This document shows positions 1-10,103 of a stretch of 64,000 bases of DNA, one piece after another. The translations under genes were made by a program, and so were the position numbers. The notes under the pieces were generated by a model. The model did no database searches. It saw nothing but the letters and a program-made list of their open reading frames with translations, and was not told where the DNA came from. The stretch is taken from the NCBI GenBank assembly GCA_040261535.1, contig JBDQNU010000007.1, forward strand, positions 1,927 through 65,926, given 5' to 3'. This DNA comes from Poseidonia sp. (GTDB lineage: Archaea > Thermoplasmatota > Poseidoniia > Poseidoniales > Poseidoniaceae). How positions within the stretch are numbered: position 1 is the first letter of the stretch; every line of letters starts with the position of its first letter.

Positions 1-976
1 CGCCCAGCATGCGTACCTTACCCAACTGCTCAACGACAGTCGGGTCTCCGGGGGCATCGGCGTGGGCCTTCCAATGGCGACCATGACCGCCGATGAAGTC
101 GTCGGGTATTGGTCAGCGAGTGCCGAAGCGCTTGGCGAACAAGCGGCGATGCGGGAGAGCCTTCGAGCCGCCTTTGTGGGCGAAGACGCAACCCTGATGT
201 CGGTGCAACTGGTCGGAGCGCAAACCAGCGTTGATTCCCGTGAAACGGTGGAGGACATCCGGGATGAACGGGACGCGTTTTTGGACGAGTTGACCGGTGA
301 AAACGACCGGTTGCTCGTCGCCGGTTTCGCTGCTTACAACGCCGACAATTTGGACGCCATCGCCGACAACCTCCCCCGAGCCTTGGCCTTCATCCTCATC
401 GCCACGATGATGTTGATTTTTGTTCAGGTCAAATCGGTCGTTATTCCGATCAAAGCCATCGCCATGAACATCCTCTCGATTTCGGCCTCCTTCGGCATGT
501 TGGTTTGGGTGTTCCAGTGGGGCTACGGCGAATCCCTGCTCAATTTCACGGCCCAACCCATCGACTCGGGAAATCCCGTCATCATGTTCTGCATCGTCTT
601 TGGACTCTCGATGGATTACGAAGTGCTGATGCTTTCCCGCATCCATGAGGAATGGGAACGTACCGGCGACAACACCCTTGCCGTCGCCAACGGCCTTCAG
701 AAAACCGGTGGCCTCATCACCGGTGCAGCCGCCATCATGGTCGTCGTGTTTAGTGCGTTTGGTCTTTCTTCGGTGATCATTTTGAAACAGATCGGCCTTG
801 GCCTCGCCCTGGCGATTCTGGTTGATGCAACCCTGGTTCGAGCCCTGGTGGTGCCCTCGACGATGCGCCTCATGGGCAAATGGAACTGGTGGGCGCCCTC
901 GTTTTTGAGCGGAAACAAAGCCCACGCCCAACCAGCACTGCAAGCCTCAAACGACGAGGGCAACGAACAGGAATAA
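1..976 (+). CDS. MMPL/RND-superfamily membrane exporter, C-terminal portion (5' end off-window)
   Basis: The frame is open from nt 2 to the stop at 974-976; the ORF track begins at an internal GTG at 62. The block GLSMDYEVLMLSRIHEEW with flanking hydrophobic helices is the MMPL/RND transmembrane-domain signature. Confidence 0.7.
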   Translation, partial: AQHAYLTQLLNDSRVSGGIGVGLPMATMTADEVVGYWSASAEALGEQAAMRESLRAAFVGEDATLMSVQLVGAQTSVDSRETVEDIRDERDAFLDELTGENDRLLVAGFAAYNADNLDAIADNLPRALAFILIATMMLIFVQVKSVVIPIKAIAMNILSISASFGMLVWVFQWGYGESLLNFTAQPIDSGNPVIMFCIVFGLSMDYEVLMLSRIHEEWERTGDNTLAVANGLQKTGGLITGAAAIMVVVFSAFGLSSVIILKQIGLGLALAILVDATLVRALVVPSTMRLMGKWNWWAPSFLSGNKAHAQPALQASNDEGNEQE

Positions 977-1027
977 CGCCTCAACCGCTGACAGAACGTT
1001 CAAAACATCACCGACCGCCCGAGAACC

Positions 1028-1258
1028 ATGGCGCGAGACCGTACGGTTCGGAAAGTCGAGAAGGTCATGAAGCGTGTTGAAAAGCACATTGAGGCTACGC
1101 GAGATGCGCTTGAGGACTTGGAAATCGAGTTCGATGTCCTCAAGGCCACCGTGAAGCGCCTTCGGGACGCCACGCCTGAAGAGGCCCCCGTTGAAGAGGT
1201 CCAGGAAGAGGCGGACATCGAGAACTCAACCAACACCACCGCCATGCGAAAATTCTGA
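1028..1258 (+). CDS. small charged coiled-coil protein, unknown function
   Basis: 76-aa ATG ORF that exactly fills the gap between neighbours. K/E-rich and heptad-like, with no family recognised. Confidence 0.35.
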   Translation: MARDRTVRKVEKVMKRVEKHIEATRDALEDLEIEFDVLKATVKRLRDATPEEAPVEEVQEEADIENSTNTTAMRKF

Positions 1259-1262
1259 GTCT

Positions 1263-2315
1263 TCACCGGCGAAGAACATCCTCACGGTTTGCCCACATTG
1301 CCAACCAATGGTTCAGATTAGCGTCCAAACCGGGCGGTTGAATCCGACATCCACAAGCGTTGGCGTGACCGCCTCCGGTTGGGTCAAGCGCCGTGGCAAG
1401 CCGAGAGAGGTCGTAGCGCCCTTGCCCGTTTGGAAGGAAGGAATTGGCGTAAAAGCTCGCTGAAAGGGGAGGCCGGTGGGGGTCCTCAAGCCGTCCGTCG
1501 GCGTACCCGTGAACGATGCAACAAGCATCGGCATCGCTGCCGGCCCACGCCGTGACCAAGTAACCGTTTGACCGCAACGGCGTCTCATCAAATCGGCAAA
1601 CGGCCAAGCGGTCGACGATGGTGGTGTTGGTGGCGACGTGATCGAGCGCCACGCTTCGTTCCTCAACGACGGAACGGCGGCGCTCCTGAACGCGAGGGTC
1701 GCTGATCAGCACCTCGTACGTGGCCCCCGAAGTGAGCAGACCGACCAGATGGCGCATGTATTCTGGGTCCCTTGACGTGCACGTTCGGGCGACTTGAAGC
1801 AAAGGTCCGTCCTCAAGGAACGCCTCCTTGGAAATGCCGCCCGAATCAAGGGCGTCAACCACCGGCATCATGTCGGTCAAATGGTCCATCTCGGTGATGT
1901 CCACCAACAGGTCGTACGCCAACCGCGCAGCGGACGGGGTCGCTTCCCAATGTTGCGTCCCGCCGGACGCTGCAAAGGCCGTTGCCTCCTCGTCGTCGGG
2001 GCGGTTGGTCATGTGATGGTCGACGTACCATCCGCACTCGGGGTGAAACGGGAGGTCAACCAACGCCGTTTTCCGGTCAACGAGTTCGTCCACGATGCCC
2101 GAGCGCATGGCGGCGGCATGGGTGAAGTGGACCTCGGCTTCAGGCCGGTACGCCTTGAGCACGGCAGCCCCAAACAAGCCGTCCATGTCCGAATCGGCCA
2201 AGATGCGGTTGTAAAAGGGGACCTCGCCCTCCTTTAACGGTCGCACAGGCATGCTTCTCTTCCACGAACGGCCATCCATGAAGGTTCGGTGAAGGCTCGC
2301 CGTTACGACCATCAA
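1263..2315 (-). CDS. DHH/DHHA1-family phosphoesterase (NrnA/RecJ-like fold)
   Basis: Has a DHH motif (WYVDHHMTN), an N-terminal DSDMDG acidic motif and the C-terminal DHHA1 motif GGGHANACG. The true start may be the internal Met at 2252 (MPVRPLKEG). Confidence 0.6.
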   Translation of the reverse strand: MMVVTASLHRTFMDGRSWKRSMPVRPLKEGEVPFYNRILADSDMDGLFGAAVLKAYRPEAEVHFTHAAAMRSGIVDELVDRKTALVDLPFHPECGWYVDHHMTNRPDDEEATAFAASGGTQHWEATPSAARLAYDLLVDITEMDHLTDMMPVVDALDSGGISKEAFLEDGPLLQVARTCTSRDPEYMRHLVGLLTSGATYEVLISDPRVQERRRSVVEERSVALDHVATNTTIVDRLAVCRFDETPLRSNGYLVTAWAGSDADACCIVHGYADGRLEDPHRPPLSASFYANSFLPNGQGRYDLSRLATALDPTGGGHANACGCRIQPPGLDANLNHWLAMWANREDVLRR

Positions 2316-2338
2316 CGAGAACCGATGGGCTTGCCATC

Positions 2339-2749
2339 ATGGAGACCTCATGCGGCGTGGTGTTGGTGAACTACGGGGCCATCCTGTTGCTTCAATACCC
2401 GCAAGGTCACTGGGACCTTCCAAAAGGGCACGTGGAGGCCGACGATGCGAACCGGCACGAAACGATGCTGCGCGAACTGGCCGAAGAAACCGGCATACGC
2501 GACGTGACCATCATCGAGGGATTTGAGGAGCGCACCGAGTACACGTTCCGCCACAAAGGGAAGCGTCAAACGAAGGAGGTCTACTGGTACTATGCCGAAA
2601 CCGAAGAACTCAGCGTTACGCTCTCCCACGAACATCGCGGTTACCTGTGGCTGGACTGGGAACAAGCGCTGGACACCATCACCCACGACGAGACCCGAGC
2701 CGTGGTTGAGCAAGCCCACCGCTTTGCGCAACTCCACGGTCGACAATGA
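2339..2749 (+). CDS. NUDIX hydrolase (Ap4A-hydrolase-like)
   Basis: Nudix box GHWDLPKGHVEADDANRHETMLRELAEETGI matches GX5EX7REUXEEXGU. The 136-aa size is typical. Confidence 0.8.
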   Translation: METSCGVVLVNYGAILLLQYPQGHWDLPKGHVEADDANRHETMLRELAEETGIRDVTIIEGFEERTEYTFRHKGKRQTKEVYWYYAETEELSVTLSHEHRGYLWLDWEQALDTITHDETRAVVEQAHRFAQLHGRQ

Positions 2750-3445
2750 TCAAAGCGTGGAAAAGTCATCGTCGTTGGAGCGAATTTGGGCCACGCGATG
2801 AGCCACGCCTCGTTCAGCGGGTCGCTTCCCCAAAGGCACCCAAAGCGTCTCGTCTTCGTTCAGCATGTGCCCGACCCAGCGACCGAGGACAAAGAGCCAG
2901 TCAGACAGCCGGTTCAGGTACACGAGCACCCCCGGACGCACCGCTCCTTCGCCCTCGTGTTCTCCGAGTTGGACAGCGCCCCGCTCCAGACGGCGGGTCA
3001 CCGTTCGCGCAAGGTGAAGAAAGGCGACCGGGGGCGAACCGGTCGGGAGAATGAAACTCGTCAATTCGGGAAGGTCCTCCAACCAAGCGTCCATCTCGGC
3101 CACCAAGACATCGGTTTGGGCCTCGGAGAGAAGCACCATGTATTCGGGAAGGGTTGCCGGCGGACAGGCCAACTCGGCTCCGAGGTCAAACAATTCGTTT
3201 TGCACCCGTGAAAGGGCCTCGCAGGCGACGTTTTGAACGCGCTTCGCCCCCGTTCGGTCGCCCCCGTCTTCATGCTCGGGCAAGCGCTCCAATTCCATCA
3301 AGACCGTTCCAATCCAACTGTTGACTTCGTCGCAAACCCCAACCACGTCAAACCTCGGGTCACCTTTTGACCGACGTGAGCCGTCAACCAAGGAGGATTC
3401 GCCTCCATCGCCACCACCGGTGTACACGCGATTGATTCGAACCAT
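2750..3445 (-). CDS. pduO: PduO-type ATP:cob(I)alamin adenosyltransferase
   Basis: The N-terminus RINRVYTGGGDGGESSLVDG matches the family's IYTRTGDxGxTSL ATP-binding start. The helical-bundle length (231 aa) fits. Confidence 0.75.
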   Translation of the reverse strand: MVRINRVYTGGGDGGESSLVDGSRRSKGDPRFDVVGVCDEVNSWIGTVLMELERLPEHEDGGDRTGAKRVQNVACEALSRVQNELFDLGAELACPPATLPEYMVLLSEAQTDVLVAEMDAWLEDLPELTSFILPTGSPPVAFLHLARTVTRRLERGAVQLGEHEGEGAVRPGVLVYLNRLSDWLFVLGRWVGHMLNEDETLWVPLGKRPAERGVAHRVAQIRSNDDDFSTL

Positions 3446-3465
3446 GCGTCCCCCTCAAGGCCTGC

Positions 3466-3478
3466 GAGGTCAAGCCTC
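3466..3478 (-). promoter_or_regulatory. copy 1 of the recurrent 13-mer (gene-sense GAGGCTTGACCTC), 22 nt upstream of the pduO ATG
   Basis: An exact 13-nt match to 29458-29470. It overlaps the stop codon of the upstream DUF2203-like gene. Confidence 0.3.
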
Positions 3479-3976
3479 TATGAGGGGTTTGCGGGAAGGA
3501 AAGCCTTCCTCCATTCGGTAATACCACTCGATGTCTTCTTCCCCAACCGCCCAGGAAAACAAAGCCATTCGCCGGTCGACAACCCCGTACCATTCCAAGC
3601 GCCCGGGTTCCATGGAGACGATCCGAGCACCCACGGACTCCAGCCGGGCGACGTTTGCTTGCCACTGGGCGACGAGTTGACCGAGATGTTCAGCCACCTC
3701 CATGACGTGGGGGTGGGTCATCGGGTAACGGTCGAGCAACATTTCCAGTTCATCGGTGACGTCGTGCGCTTCGTCGCTCATCGCTTGAAGCACCATCAGC
3801 ACGCTGCTGGCCTCGCTGAGCGAAGCACGGGCGGCTTCGATGGTCACGACCACGGCACCGTCAGGCAGCGGATAGGGGAGGGTTTCGTCGGGCGAAAGCT
3901 CGTCGAGTTCCATGGGAAGTCCCGAAAAGGACGGTTGGTCTTGGGGGAAACTCACGTGGAACCCTTGACTTGACAC
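3470..3976 (-). CDS. DUF2203-like conserved hypothetical protein
   Basis: GTG start. The C-terminal block GRLEWYGVVDRRMALFSWAVGEEDIEWYYRMEEGFPSRKPL resembles the conserved DUF2203 C-terminus. This is from memory and was not verified. Confidence 0.45.
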   Translation of the reverse strand: MSSQGFHVSFPQDQPSFSGLPMELDELSPDETLPYPLPDGAVVVTIEAARASLSEASSVLMVLQAMSDEAHDVTDELEMLLDRYPMTHPHVMEVAEHLGQLVAQWQANVARLESVGARIVSMEPGRLEWYGVVDRRMALFSWAVGEEDIEWYYRMEEGFPSRKPLIEA

Positions 3977-4050
3977 CCTTTCAACTCATCGGAGGTACTC
4001 GATGAAGAAAACCGCTTTTTAGGCGAAAATCAAACATCCGACGTCACGAG

Positions 4051-4332
4051 TCACGCAGGGAGTGCGGGGGTTGCGGGGGAGTTTGTCCGCGGACGGCGAA
4101 GTTTGCGCCAACCCACGGCGACCAAGCCAACCCACATGCCGAGTTCGAGCAAGACCACGAAGTAGTACACCGGGCCAAGCGATTTCAGCATCGAAACCGC
4201 ATCGTAAGGCAAGCCGTGGACGGCCATGTAGGCGGACTGAGAGAGAAGGCTGGATGAGAACCAAACGAGGACGGCGAACCATAGGATGTTCCCAAGGGGC
4301 CAATCTTTTGCGGGCGTTCGTGTGTTTTCCAC
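4051..4332 (-). CDS. small membrane protein (3 hydrophobic helices)
   Basis: 93-aa ORF with three hydrophobic segments, preceded by an AT-richer spacer (4333-4404). Confidence 0.4.
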   Translation of the reverse strand: MENTRTPAKDWPLGNILWFAVLVWFSSSLLSQSAYMAVHGLPYDAVSMLKSLGPVYYFVVLLELGMWVGLVAVGWRKLRRPRTNSPATPALPA

Positions 4333-4404
4333 GCTATTACATCATCATGAACGGATATAAGTCCTCGTTTTGGTTGTGCGCAAATTCCCCGGATTCCGGA
4401 AGCC

Positions 4405-5166
4405 TTACTCGCTTTCCGTAACCGATTCCTTGTCGACTGGGGAAGTAAATGGACGGTTCATGGCGCCCAAGGCCTGTTCAACGGCACCGATCCACGCCGA
4501 GGCAACCGCCGCCTCACCCCCTGCATCCTCGAAGGCTTCGAGCCACGTCTGAGCCGTTTGCTCATCGCCAAGGAAGGCGTGAATGCGATGGAGCGCCACA
4601 TAGGCCATCGGATTGAGGTGTTCCTCGTCGGCATCCCAGCCGCGCTCAAAGCACGAGATGGCCCCGTGGTCTCCTTCCAGTTGCCCGCGCTGCAACGCCA
4701 CCATGCCCGCTTGGCTCCAAGCTAAAGGCAAGCGTCCGATAAGCAAGCCACGGAAGACCAGCCACGTCTGACCGCCGCCGAGCAGCACCAACATGACAAA
4801 ACCCGACCACTGTTCAAACGTGGTCAATTCGGGCCATGTTTGGACCATCAACCCCCCTGCGCCAACGCAAAACAGGAAGCCGGACATGGGGGCGATGAAC
4901 ACGTCACGGCGCGTGCGAACCATGTGGTGCACGCCGGCGAGGACACCGAAGGAGCCGATGGCGAGCACAAACATCAGCAGGAAGGACAGCGACATGGGAC
5001 GGGGGGCTTGCTCACCGACAGCCAGCAGCGAGGTGACGGAGAAGAGCACCCAACCAAATCGCCTCGAGATCTCCGGAAAGGGTTGGTGACGGCTGCCGAC
5101 CAGCAGAGCAACGGAAACCGTCATCATGCCGGCGAGAACGAGCCATTTTCCGGTCGTTTCGTCCAA
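4405..5166 (-). CDS. membrane protein with C-terminal TPR-like soluble domain
   Basis: The first ~150 aa are hydrophobic helices. The C-terminal ~90 aa are helical-repeat-like (AYVALHRIHAFLGDEQTAQTWLEAFEDAG). Confidence 0.45.
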   Translation of the reverse strand: MDETTGKWLVLAGMMTVSVALLVGSRHQPFPEISRRFGWVLFSVTSLLAVGEQAPRPMSLSFLLMFVLAIGSFGVLAGVHHMVRTRRDVFIAPMSGFLFCVGAGGLMVQTWPELTTFEQWSGFVMLVLLGGGQTWLVFRGLLIGRLPLAWSQAGMVALQRGQLEGDHGAISCFERGWDADEEHLNPMAYVALHRIHAFLGDEQTAQTWLEAFEDAGGEAAVASAWIGAVEQALGAMNRPFTSPVDKESVTESE

Positions 5167-5207
5167 ATCTCACCCTCCTTGCCCATCCAACGCCCAACGG
5201 TCTGCTA

Positions 5208-5642
5208 TCATGCTTTGTGATAACCCGAACCGCGTTGAATCTCGCTTGCACGGTAGACCTGTTCCACCAAGACGACCGCCGCCAATTCATGCGGGAAGGT
5301 CATCGGCGAGAGCGACAAGCGTTGAACCGAGTTGAGGACGCTCATGTCAGGCCAGCCTTCGGCCGGGCCGATGGCCAGGTGAGTCGCTTCGCTTCCGAGT
5401 TGCCAGATCTCATAGCGTTCGGCGAAAGCCATCGAGTCGCCGATTTCGCCACCCTCGTCCAGCAATAACAGGACACCTCCGGCACCGAGGATTCGGTTGA
5501 CGTAGGCCTCGGGTGAAAGTTTGGACGGGTGGTGTTCAATTCGCACGCCCCTCGTCTTCAAACGGTCACCGTACATGGTGATCAGTTGTTTGAACGCCGC
5601 TTCTTTTGGTACGCCGTGGGTGTGCAGAACGAGACGACCCAT
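5208..5642 (-). CDS. rlmH: 23S rRNA (pseudouridine-N3)-methyltransferase RlmH-like SPOUT protein
   Basis: The C-terminal block [10 protein letters not shown]...[33 protein letters not shown] is colinear with the RlmH consensus (IGGxxG...LSLSxMTxPHxLxRxxLxEQxYRA...YHK). Confidence 0.7.
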   Translation of the reverse strand: MGRLVLHTHGVPKEAAFKQLITMYGDRLKTRGVRIEHHPSKLSPEAYVNRILGAGGVLLLLDEGGEIGDSMAFAERYEIWQLGSEATHLAIGPAEGWPDMSVLNSVQRLSLSPMTFPHELAAVVLVEQVYRASEIQRGSGYHKA

Positions 5643-5719
5643 GCCCTACCGAGAGGTGGTGGCGATTTCAAACCTCGGCGAACAAACAACTCCATGAACC
5701 CCAAGGCCGCCAGCCCATC

Positions 5720-6058
5720 ATGGGATGGTGGCCCTTTGGGAAAAAGCGCGCCTCGACCGCCTACAACAACGATCCGATTCTCAAAGACACACGGACCTGG
5801 TTGTCAGAACTACGGGACGCCTGCGAGTTGAACTTTGACAACCCCGAAGAGGCTCGCCGTCAAATCCGTCACATGCAGGTGGAATGGAAGGACGCCATGG
5901 ACCGAGGCGACATGGCTCCTCATCTTCGAGAAGGCTTGGAAAGTCGGGCGTTTCGTCTGTTGACGTGCACCGATAAGGAATGGTTGGTGTGGCTTGACGA
6001 TTTGGCGTTTTGGAAAGCCGGTTGGAAACCGCCTCAAGGCGACGAGAACGAGGCTTGA
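5720..6058 (+). CDS. hypothetical Trp-rich protein
   Basis: The ATG at 5720 (MGWWPFGKK) avoids overlapping the rlmH start; the ORF-track start at 5606 would overlap it. No family recognised. Confidence 0.35.
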   Translation: MGWWPFGKKRASTAYNNDPILKDTRTWLSELRDACELNFDNPEEARRQIRHMQVEWKDAMDRGDMAPHLREGLESRAFRLLTCTDKEWLVWLDDLAFWKAGWKPPQGDENEA

Positions 6059-6083
6059 AGAAGGAAGCCCTGCACCAAGCACC

Positions 6084-6776
6084 ATGGCTCAAACGCCGCA
6101 ATTGCACCTCCTCTATTCCTGCCCGTTCTGCTGGAAGGTACGCGGCCTCATCGAGCATCTTGACCTCGACGTGGAGTACGTCGGCGTCAACGGCATGAAG
6201 ATTCGCAAAGAGGTGTCCTTCGCCGGCGATTGGGGAAAAGTCCCCGTGTTCACCGACGAAAACGGCGCCCACCACGTGGATTCCACCCCGCTTTTGCGCC
6301 ACATTGACGCCACCTACAACGGTGGAAAACTCGCCGCCATCGGCGACGCGGAACGCCAAGCGACCTGGATGGAATGGGTCGACACCCATCTCTCCAAAGC
6401 CACCGTTCCCATCCTCTACGGGTCGTTGGGGTCAGCGTTGAAAACGACCACCCGAATTTCGAAAATCGAAACTTTCGGGTTCTTTTCAAAGCGCCTTTAC
6501 GCTTGGGCAGGTTTTCCAATCATGTGGGGCATCATCGCCCGAAAACGGGTCAAGAGCGACGGTCGGCGTCCAAAGCAACTGTGGCACGATCTGCTCGGCG
6601 AATTCACCGATGCCCACAACGGCGAACCCTTCTTCGGTGGGCAGCAGCCGGATTTGGTTGACTTTGCAGCCTTTGGCTACATGCGTTCGGTCTCGCCCTT
6701 TCCCCAATTTTCGCTGCTAAGCGACCACGCAGCCGGGATGGCGTGGTACCGACGGATGGAAGGGACCCTTGCGTGA
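6084..6776 (+). CDS. GST/glutaredoxin-2-like protein (CPFC thioredoxin-fold N-domain)
   Basis: The ATG at 6084 gives MAQTPQLHLLYSCPFCWKVRG, a Grx/GST-N motif. A helical GST-C-like region follows, resembling PGES2/Grx2. Confidence 0.6.
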   Translation: MAQTPQLHLLYSCPFCWKVRGLIEHLDLDVEYVGVNGMKIRKEVSFAGDWGKVPVFTDENGAHHVDSTPLLRHIDATYNGGKLAAIGDAERQATWMEWVDTHLSKATVPILYGSLGSALKTTTRISKIETFGFFSKRLYAWAGFPIMWGIIARKRVKSDGRRPKQLWHDLLGEFTDAHNGEPFFGGQQPDLVDFAAFGYMRSVSPFPQFSLLSDHAAGMAWYRRMEGTLA

Positions 6777-6785
6777 GGTGGGACC

Positions 6786-7628
6786 GTGTCGGTCACCCTC
6801 AACGGCCTGACCTTCGCTCGTGTTGAGGCCGCCACCACCGTTTTGGGAACAACAAAGGGCGGGTGGGTTTACGCCAGCCAACGGCCGTGCTACGAGGCGA
6901 AACTTCCGTCATTTTTCGTCATGAACAACCCGCTCACGGAACGTAATGTGGCCGTCGCCCTGGGGTTGCCCTCGGCGGACGACAAACCCGATGAGACCAT
7001 GGAAGCCTTGACCTCGGATGATCTCAACGAACTCGCAAGCCACGTGATGGCCGGGGAGGATTTTCGAGCGTTTACGGCCCAACAGGATGGCCCTTGGGAG
7101 GTGCGAGCCTTGAGCGAGAGCGAATGGAAAACCGCCACCTCGCAAAACCTGGTCCACCTCCGTCCGGGCCTTACCGAACGCTTGTGCGACGCTCCGGCAT
7201 CCAACAACCGAGGCGCCATGATGGACGGCCGCCCCCGGCCCAACGAGGTGCTGGGCCCGGCTTCCCGTCAGGTCGCCGCCATGGCCGTCCATCCAAAAAA
7301 CGCCGAAGTGACCGCCATTACCAGCGTTCCACGAGAACGGCCGTTGCCCAACGTCGTGGCCCGCCTTGCGTTAACACCCCTGCGCCAAGGCTCGCCCAAG
7401 CGGGTGCCCGAGGCGACCGACCGCTGGTCAAACTTACGCGCTGAACTGCTGTGGACAACCGTCCTCGGCATCGTGCCGTCCTTCCTCATTCCGGTGCTTC
7501 GAGGGATGAGCAGTTATGCGGTGGACGGATGGGTCAACCTGCTCTTTGGTGGCCTGTGCGCTGGCTTTCTGACCGGAGCCCTTTGGCGACCGAAACGACC
7601 GATGCTTCGCTACGACGACGTGTCCTGA
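6786..7628 (+). CDS. hypothetical protein with C-terminal double TM anchor
   Basis: GTG-start ORF of 280 aa. The C-terminus has two hydrophobic helices (LLWTTVLGIVPSFLIPVL, VNLLFGGLCAGFLTGAL). No family recognised. Confidence 0.4.
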   Translation: MSVTLNGLTFARVEAATTVLGTTKGGWVYASQRPCYEAKLPSFFVMNNPLTERNVAVALGLPSADDKPDETMEALTSDDLNELASHVMAGEDFRAFTAQQDGPWEVRALSESEWKTATSQNLVHLRPGLTERLCDAPASNNRGAMMDGRPRPNEVLGPASRQVAAMAVHPKNAEVTAITSVPRERPLPNVVARLALTPLRQGSPKRVPEATDRWSNLRAELLWTTVLGIVPSFLIPVLRGMSSYAVDGWVNLLFGGLCAGFLTGALWRPKRPMLRYDDVS

Positions 7629-9934
7629 CCTTGGGTCAGCGTGGCCCAAATCTTGTCCTTACGAAGCGAATCGGCCGTGCAGATGGTGGCCATGTTCACG
7701 ATGTGGCGAACACCGTCTTGGCGAGCGACGAGTTGCACGGGGTGAGCCATGCCCTCCAGGATGGGGCCCGTCATCTCGGCATCGCCGAGCTCTTCAAGCA
7801 ATTTGTAAGCGATGTTTGCTGAGGCGAGGTTGGGTAAAATCAACACGTTGGCAGGACCGACGAGTTCCATGAACGGGTATTCTTCCTGAACCGCGGGATT
7901 GAGGGCCGTGTCGCTTTGCATCGGCCCGTCGATCATCAAGGTGGGGTCGAGCGTCCGGGCGATTTGGACCGCATCTTCAATGCGTTCGCTCCGCTGAGCG
8001 CGGGTGGACCCGAAGTTGGAAAACGAGAGCATCGCCACCCGAGGGACCACACCAAATCGGCGTGCAACCTTCGCGGTTTGGACGGCAATTTCAGCCAACG
8101 TTCGGCTGTCGGGGTAGACGTTCACGGTCGCATCCGCGAGGAAGATGGTCCGGCCCTTGATGTTCATCATGTAACAGCCGATGACGCAATGGGCGTCGTC
8201 CGCTTTGCCGATGAGTTCCAGCGTTGGCCGAAGCACATCGGCGTAATTCCGACTCACACCGCCGACAAACCCGTCAGCATCGCCTGAATGGACCATTTGC
8301 GCCGCAAAGTAGGGTCGGCTTTTCAGCAGGCGAGCGGCGTCGGGCCATGTGGTTCCCTTCCGTTGACGTCGCTTGAAGAAAGCGTTGGCGTAGACGGTTT
8401 TTCGGCGTTCGTCATAGCGGGGGTCGCAGGCTTCGTAGGCGAAGTTCAGACCGAGTTCCTCGACCATGCGGTCGATGCGGTCGACCGGCCCGAGCAAGAT
8501 GGGAGAGCAGATGTTTTGCTCGACCAATTGGGCCGCTGCCCGAAGCACGGATTCTTTGTCGCCTTCGGGGAAAACGATGCGTTTGCCTTTGCCCTTGACC
8601 TGGTTGATGACTTGACGCATGACGGAGTAGGATTCGCCGAGGCGTGCTTCCAATTCCTCCCGGTAACGAACGAGGCTGAATTCCTCGGGCGTTACCCGAG
8701 CGACGCCTTCCTCAATCGCCGCTTCCGCAACGGCGGCAGCTTCCCAAATCAACACGCGTCGGTCAAAGGGTTTGGGAATGATGTATTCCGGCCCGTATTG
8801 CATGACTACGCCGTCGTAAGCAGCCGATATGTAGTCGGGAACCGGTTCTTTGGCCAGAGCTGCAAGCGCCCGGGTAGCGGCCATTTTCATGTTCTGCGTG
8901 ATGTCCCTCGCCCGCACGTCAAGCGCGCCGCGGAAGATGTAGGGGAATCCGAGCACGTTGTTGACTTGATTGGGATAATCCGACCGCCCGGTGGCGATGA
9001 TCGCGTCTTCGCGAACCTTCAGCACCTCTTCGGGCGTGATTTCCGGCGTGGGGTTGGCGAGCGCGAAGATGATGGGTTTCTCAGCCATGCTGGCGACCAT
9101 CTCGCCGCTGACAAGACCACCCCGGGAAAGCCCGAGCATCACGTCAGCGCCTTTCAGGGCGTCCGCAAGTTCACCGGCGGGCCGATCGTGGGCGAACGGC
9201 GCCTTGTATTCGTTCAGTTCACCGGCATCCAACCGAGCCTTGGTCACGATGCCTTGGCTGTCGACCAGGGTGATGTTGGCCATCGAGACGCCAACGGCAA
9301 CGTAGTGATTTGCACAAGCGATGGCCGATGCTCCGGCGCCGATGACCACGACCTTCAGGTCGCCCAAGGCCTTCCCTTGGAGTTCGGCTGCGTTCAAGAG
9401 GGCCGCAGCGGAGATGATGGCGGTCCCGTGTTGGTCGTCGTGCATCACCGGGATATCGGTCGCTTCGGCAATTCGCCGCTCGATTTCAAAACACTCGGGC
9501 GCCTTGATGTCTTCGAGATTGATGCCGCCAAAGGTTTTCGAGATGTTGACCACGGTGTTGATGAATTCCTCCGGGTCTTCGGTATCGACCTCGATGTCAA
9601 ACACATCAATGCCGGCGAAGGTCTTCAGCAAGAGGCCCTTGCCTTCCATCACGGGCTTGCTCGCCAGCGCACCGATGTTGCCCAAGCCAAGCACGGCCGT
9701 CCCGTTTGAGATCACGGCAACGAGGTTGCCTTTGGAGGTGTACCGGTACGCGTCCTCAGGACGCTTTTCAATCTCAAGGCAGGGGTAGGCCACGCCAGGA
9801 GAGTAGGCAAGGCTCAATTCGTAAGCCGTTGAATGGGGTTTGGTGGGAACGACCTTGATCTTCCCCTTTGGTTCCGCTTCGTGGTACTCAAGCGCCTCTT
9901 TGCGGAGCAGACGGTCCTTTTTGTTCAACGACAT
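7610..9934 (-). CDS. maeB: NADP-dependent malic enzyme, MaeB type (malic enzyme domain plus PTA-like C-domain)
   Basis: From Met at 9934 (MSLNKKDRLLRKEALEYHE) the protein is 774 aa. It contains DLSLAYSPGVA-like, NGTAVLGLGNIGALASKPVMEGK and GAGASAIA NAD(P) motifs, plus a phosphotransacetylase-like C-terminal half. The 51-codon upstream extension in the ORF track is rejected. Confidence 0.9.
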   Translation of the reverse strand: MSLNKKDRLLRKEALEYHEAEPKGKIKVVPTKPHSTAYELSLAYSPGVAYPCLEIEKRPEDAYRYTSKGNLVAVISNGTAVLGLGNIGALASKPVMEGKGLLLKTFAGIDVFDIEVDTEDPEEFINTVVNISKTFGGINLEDIKAPECFEIERRIAEATDIPVMHDDQHGTAIISAAALLNAAELQGKALGDLKVVVIGAGASAIACANHYVAVGVSMANITLVDSQGIVTKARLDAGELNEYKAPFAHDRPAGELADALKGADVMLGLSRGGLVSGEMVASMAEKPIIFALANPTPEITPEEVLKVREDAIIATGRSDYPNQVNNVLGFPYIFRGALDVRARDITQNMKMAATRALAALAKEPVPDYISAAYDGVVMQYGPEYIIPKPFDRRVLIWEAAAVAEAAIEEGVARVTPEEFSLVRYREELEARLGESYSVMRQVINQVKGKGKRIVFPEGDKESVLRAAAQLVEQNICSPILLGPVDRIDRMVEELGLNFAYEACDPRYDERRKTVYANAFFKRRQRKGTTWPDAARLLKSRPYFAAQMVHSGDADGFVGGVSRNYADVLRPTLELIGKADDAHCVIGCYMMNIKGRTIFLADATVNVYPDSRTLAEIAVQTAKVARRFGVVPRVAMLSFSNFGSTRAQRSERIEDAVQIARTLDPTLMIDGPMQSDTALNPAVQEEYPFMELVGPANVLILPNLASANIAYKLLEELGDAEMTGPILEGMAHPVQLVARQDGVRHIVNMATICTADSLRKDKIWATLTQGQDTSS

Positions 9935-10094
9935 ACGAAGTCCCGGCACCATGGGAGAGGGTGGGGTGTTTGAGTGTTGTGCGGAAACGGACCGTTCGGG
10001 CATCAATCCAAGGAAAAACCGGCGACGGCGGAACCGAAACGGACCCGTTTTGTCCCCAAATCGCTGAATCATTGTTCCATCAATCAAGGGCCTG

Positions 10095-10103
10095 TTTCAA
10101 ATA
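10095..10103 (+). promoter_or_regulatory. TATA-like box (TTTCAAATA) ~27 nt upstream of the giant-protein ATG; leaderless-type spacing
   Basis: It is the only A/T-rich octamer in the 190-nt divergent spacer. The centre-to-ATG distance is ~27 nt. Confidence 0.3.

Noticed and set aside
8288-9709. 473-aa plus-strand ORF
   Set aside because: It is entirely antisense to maeB, whose homology is unambiguous. Its G/R/V/D-rich low-complexity translation is typical of shadow ORFs in GC-rich DNA.
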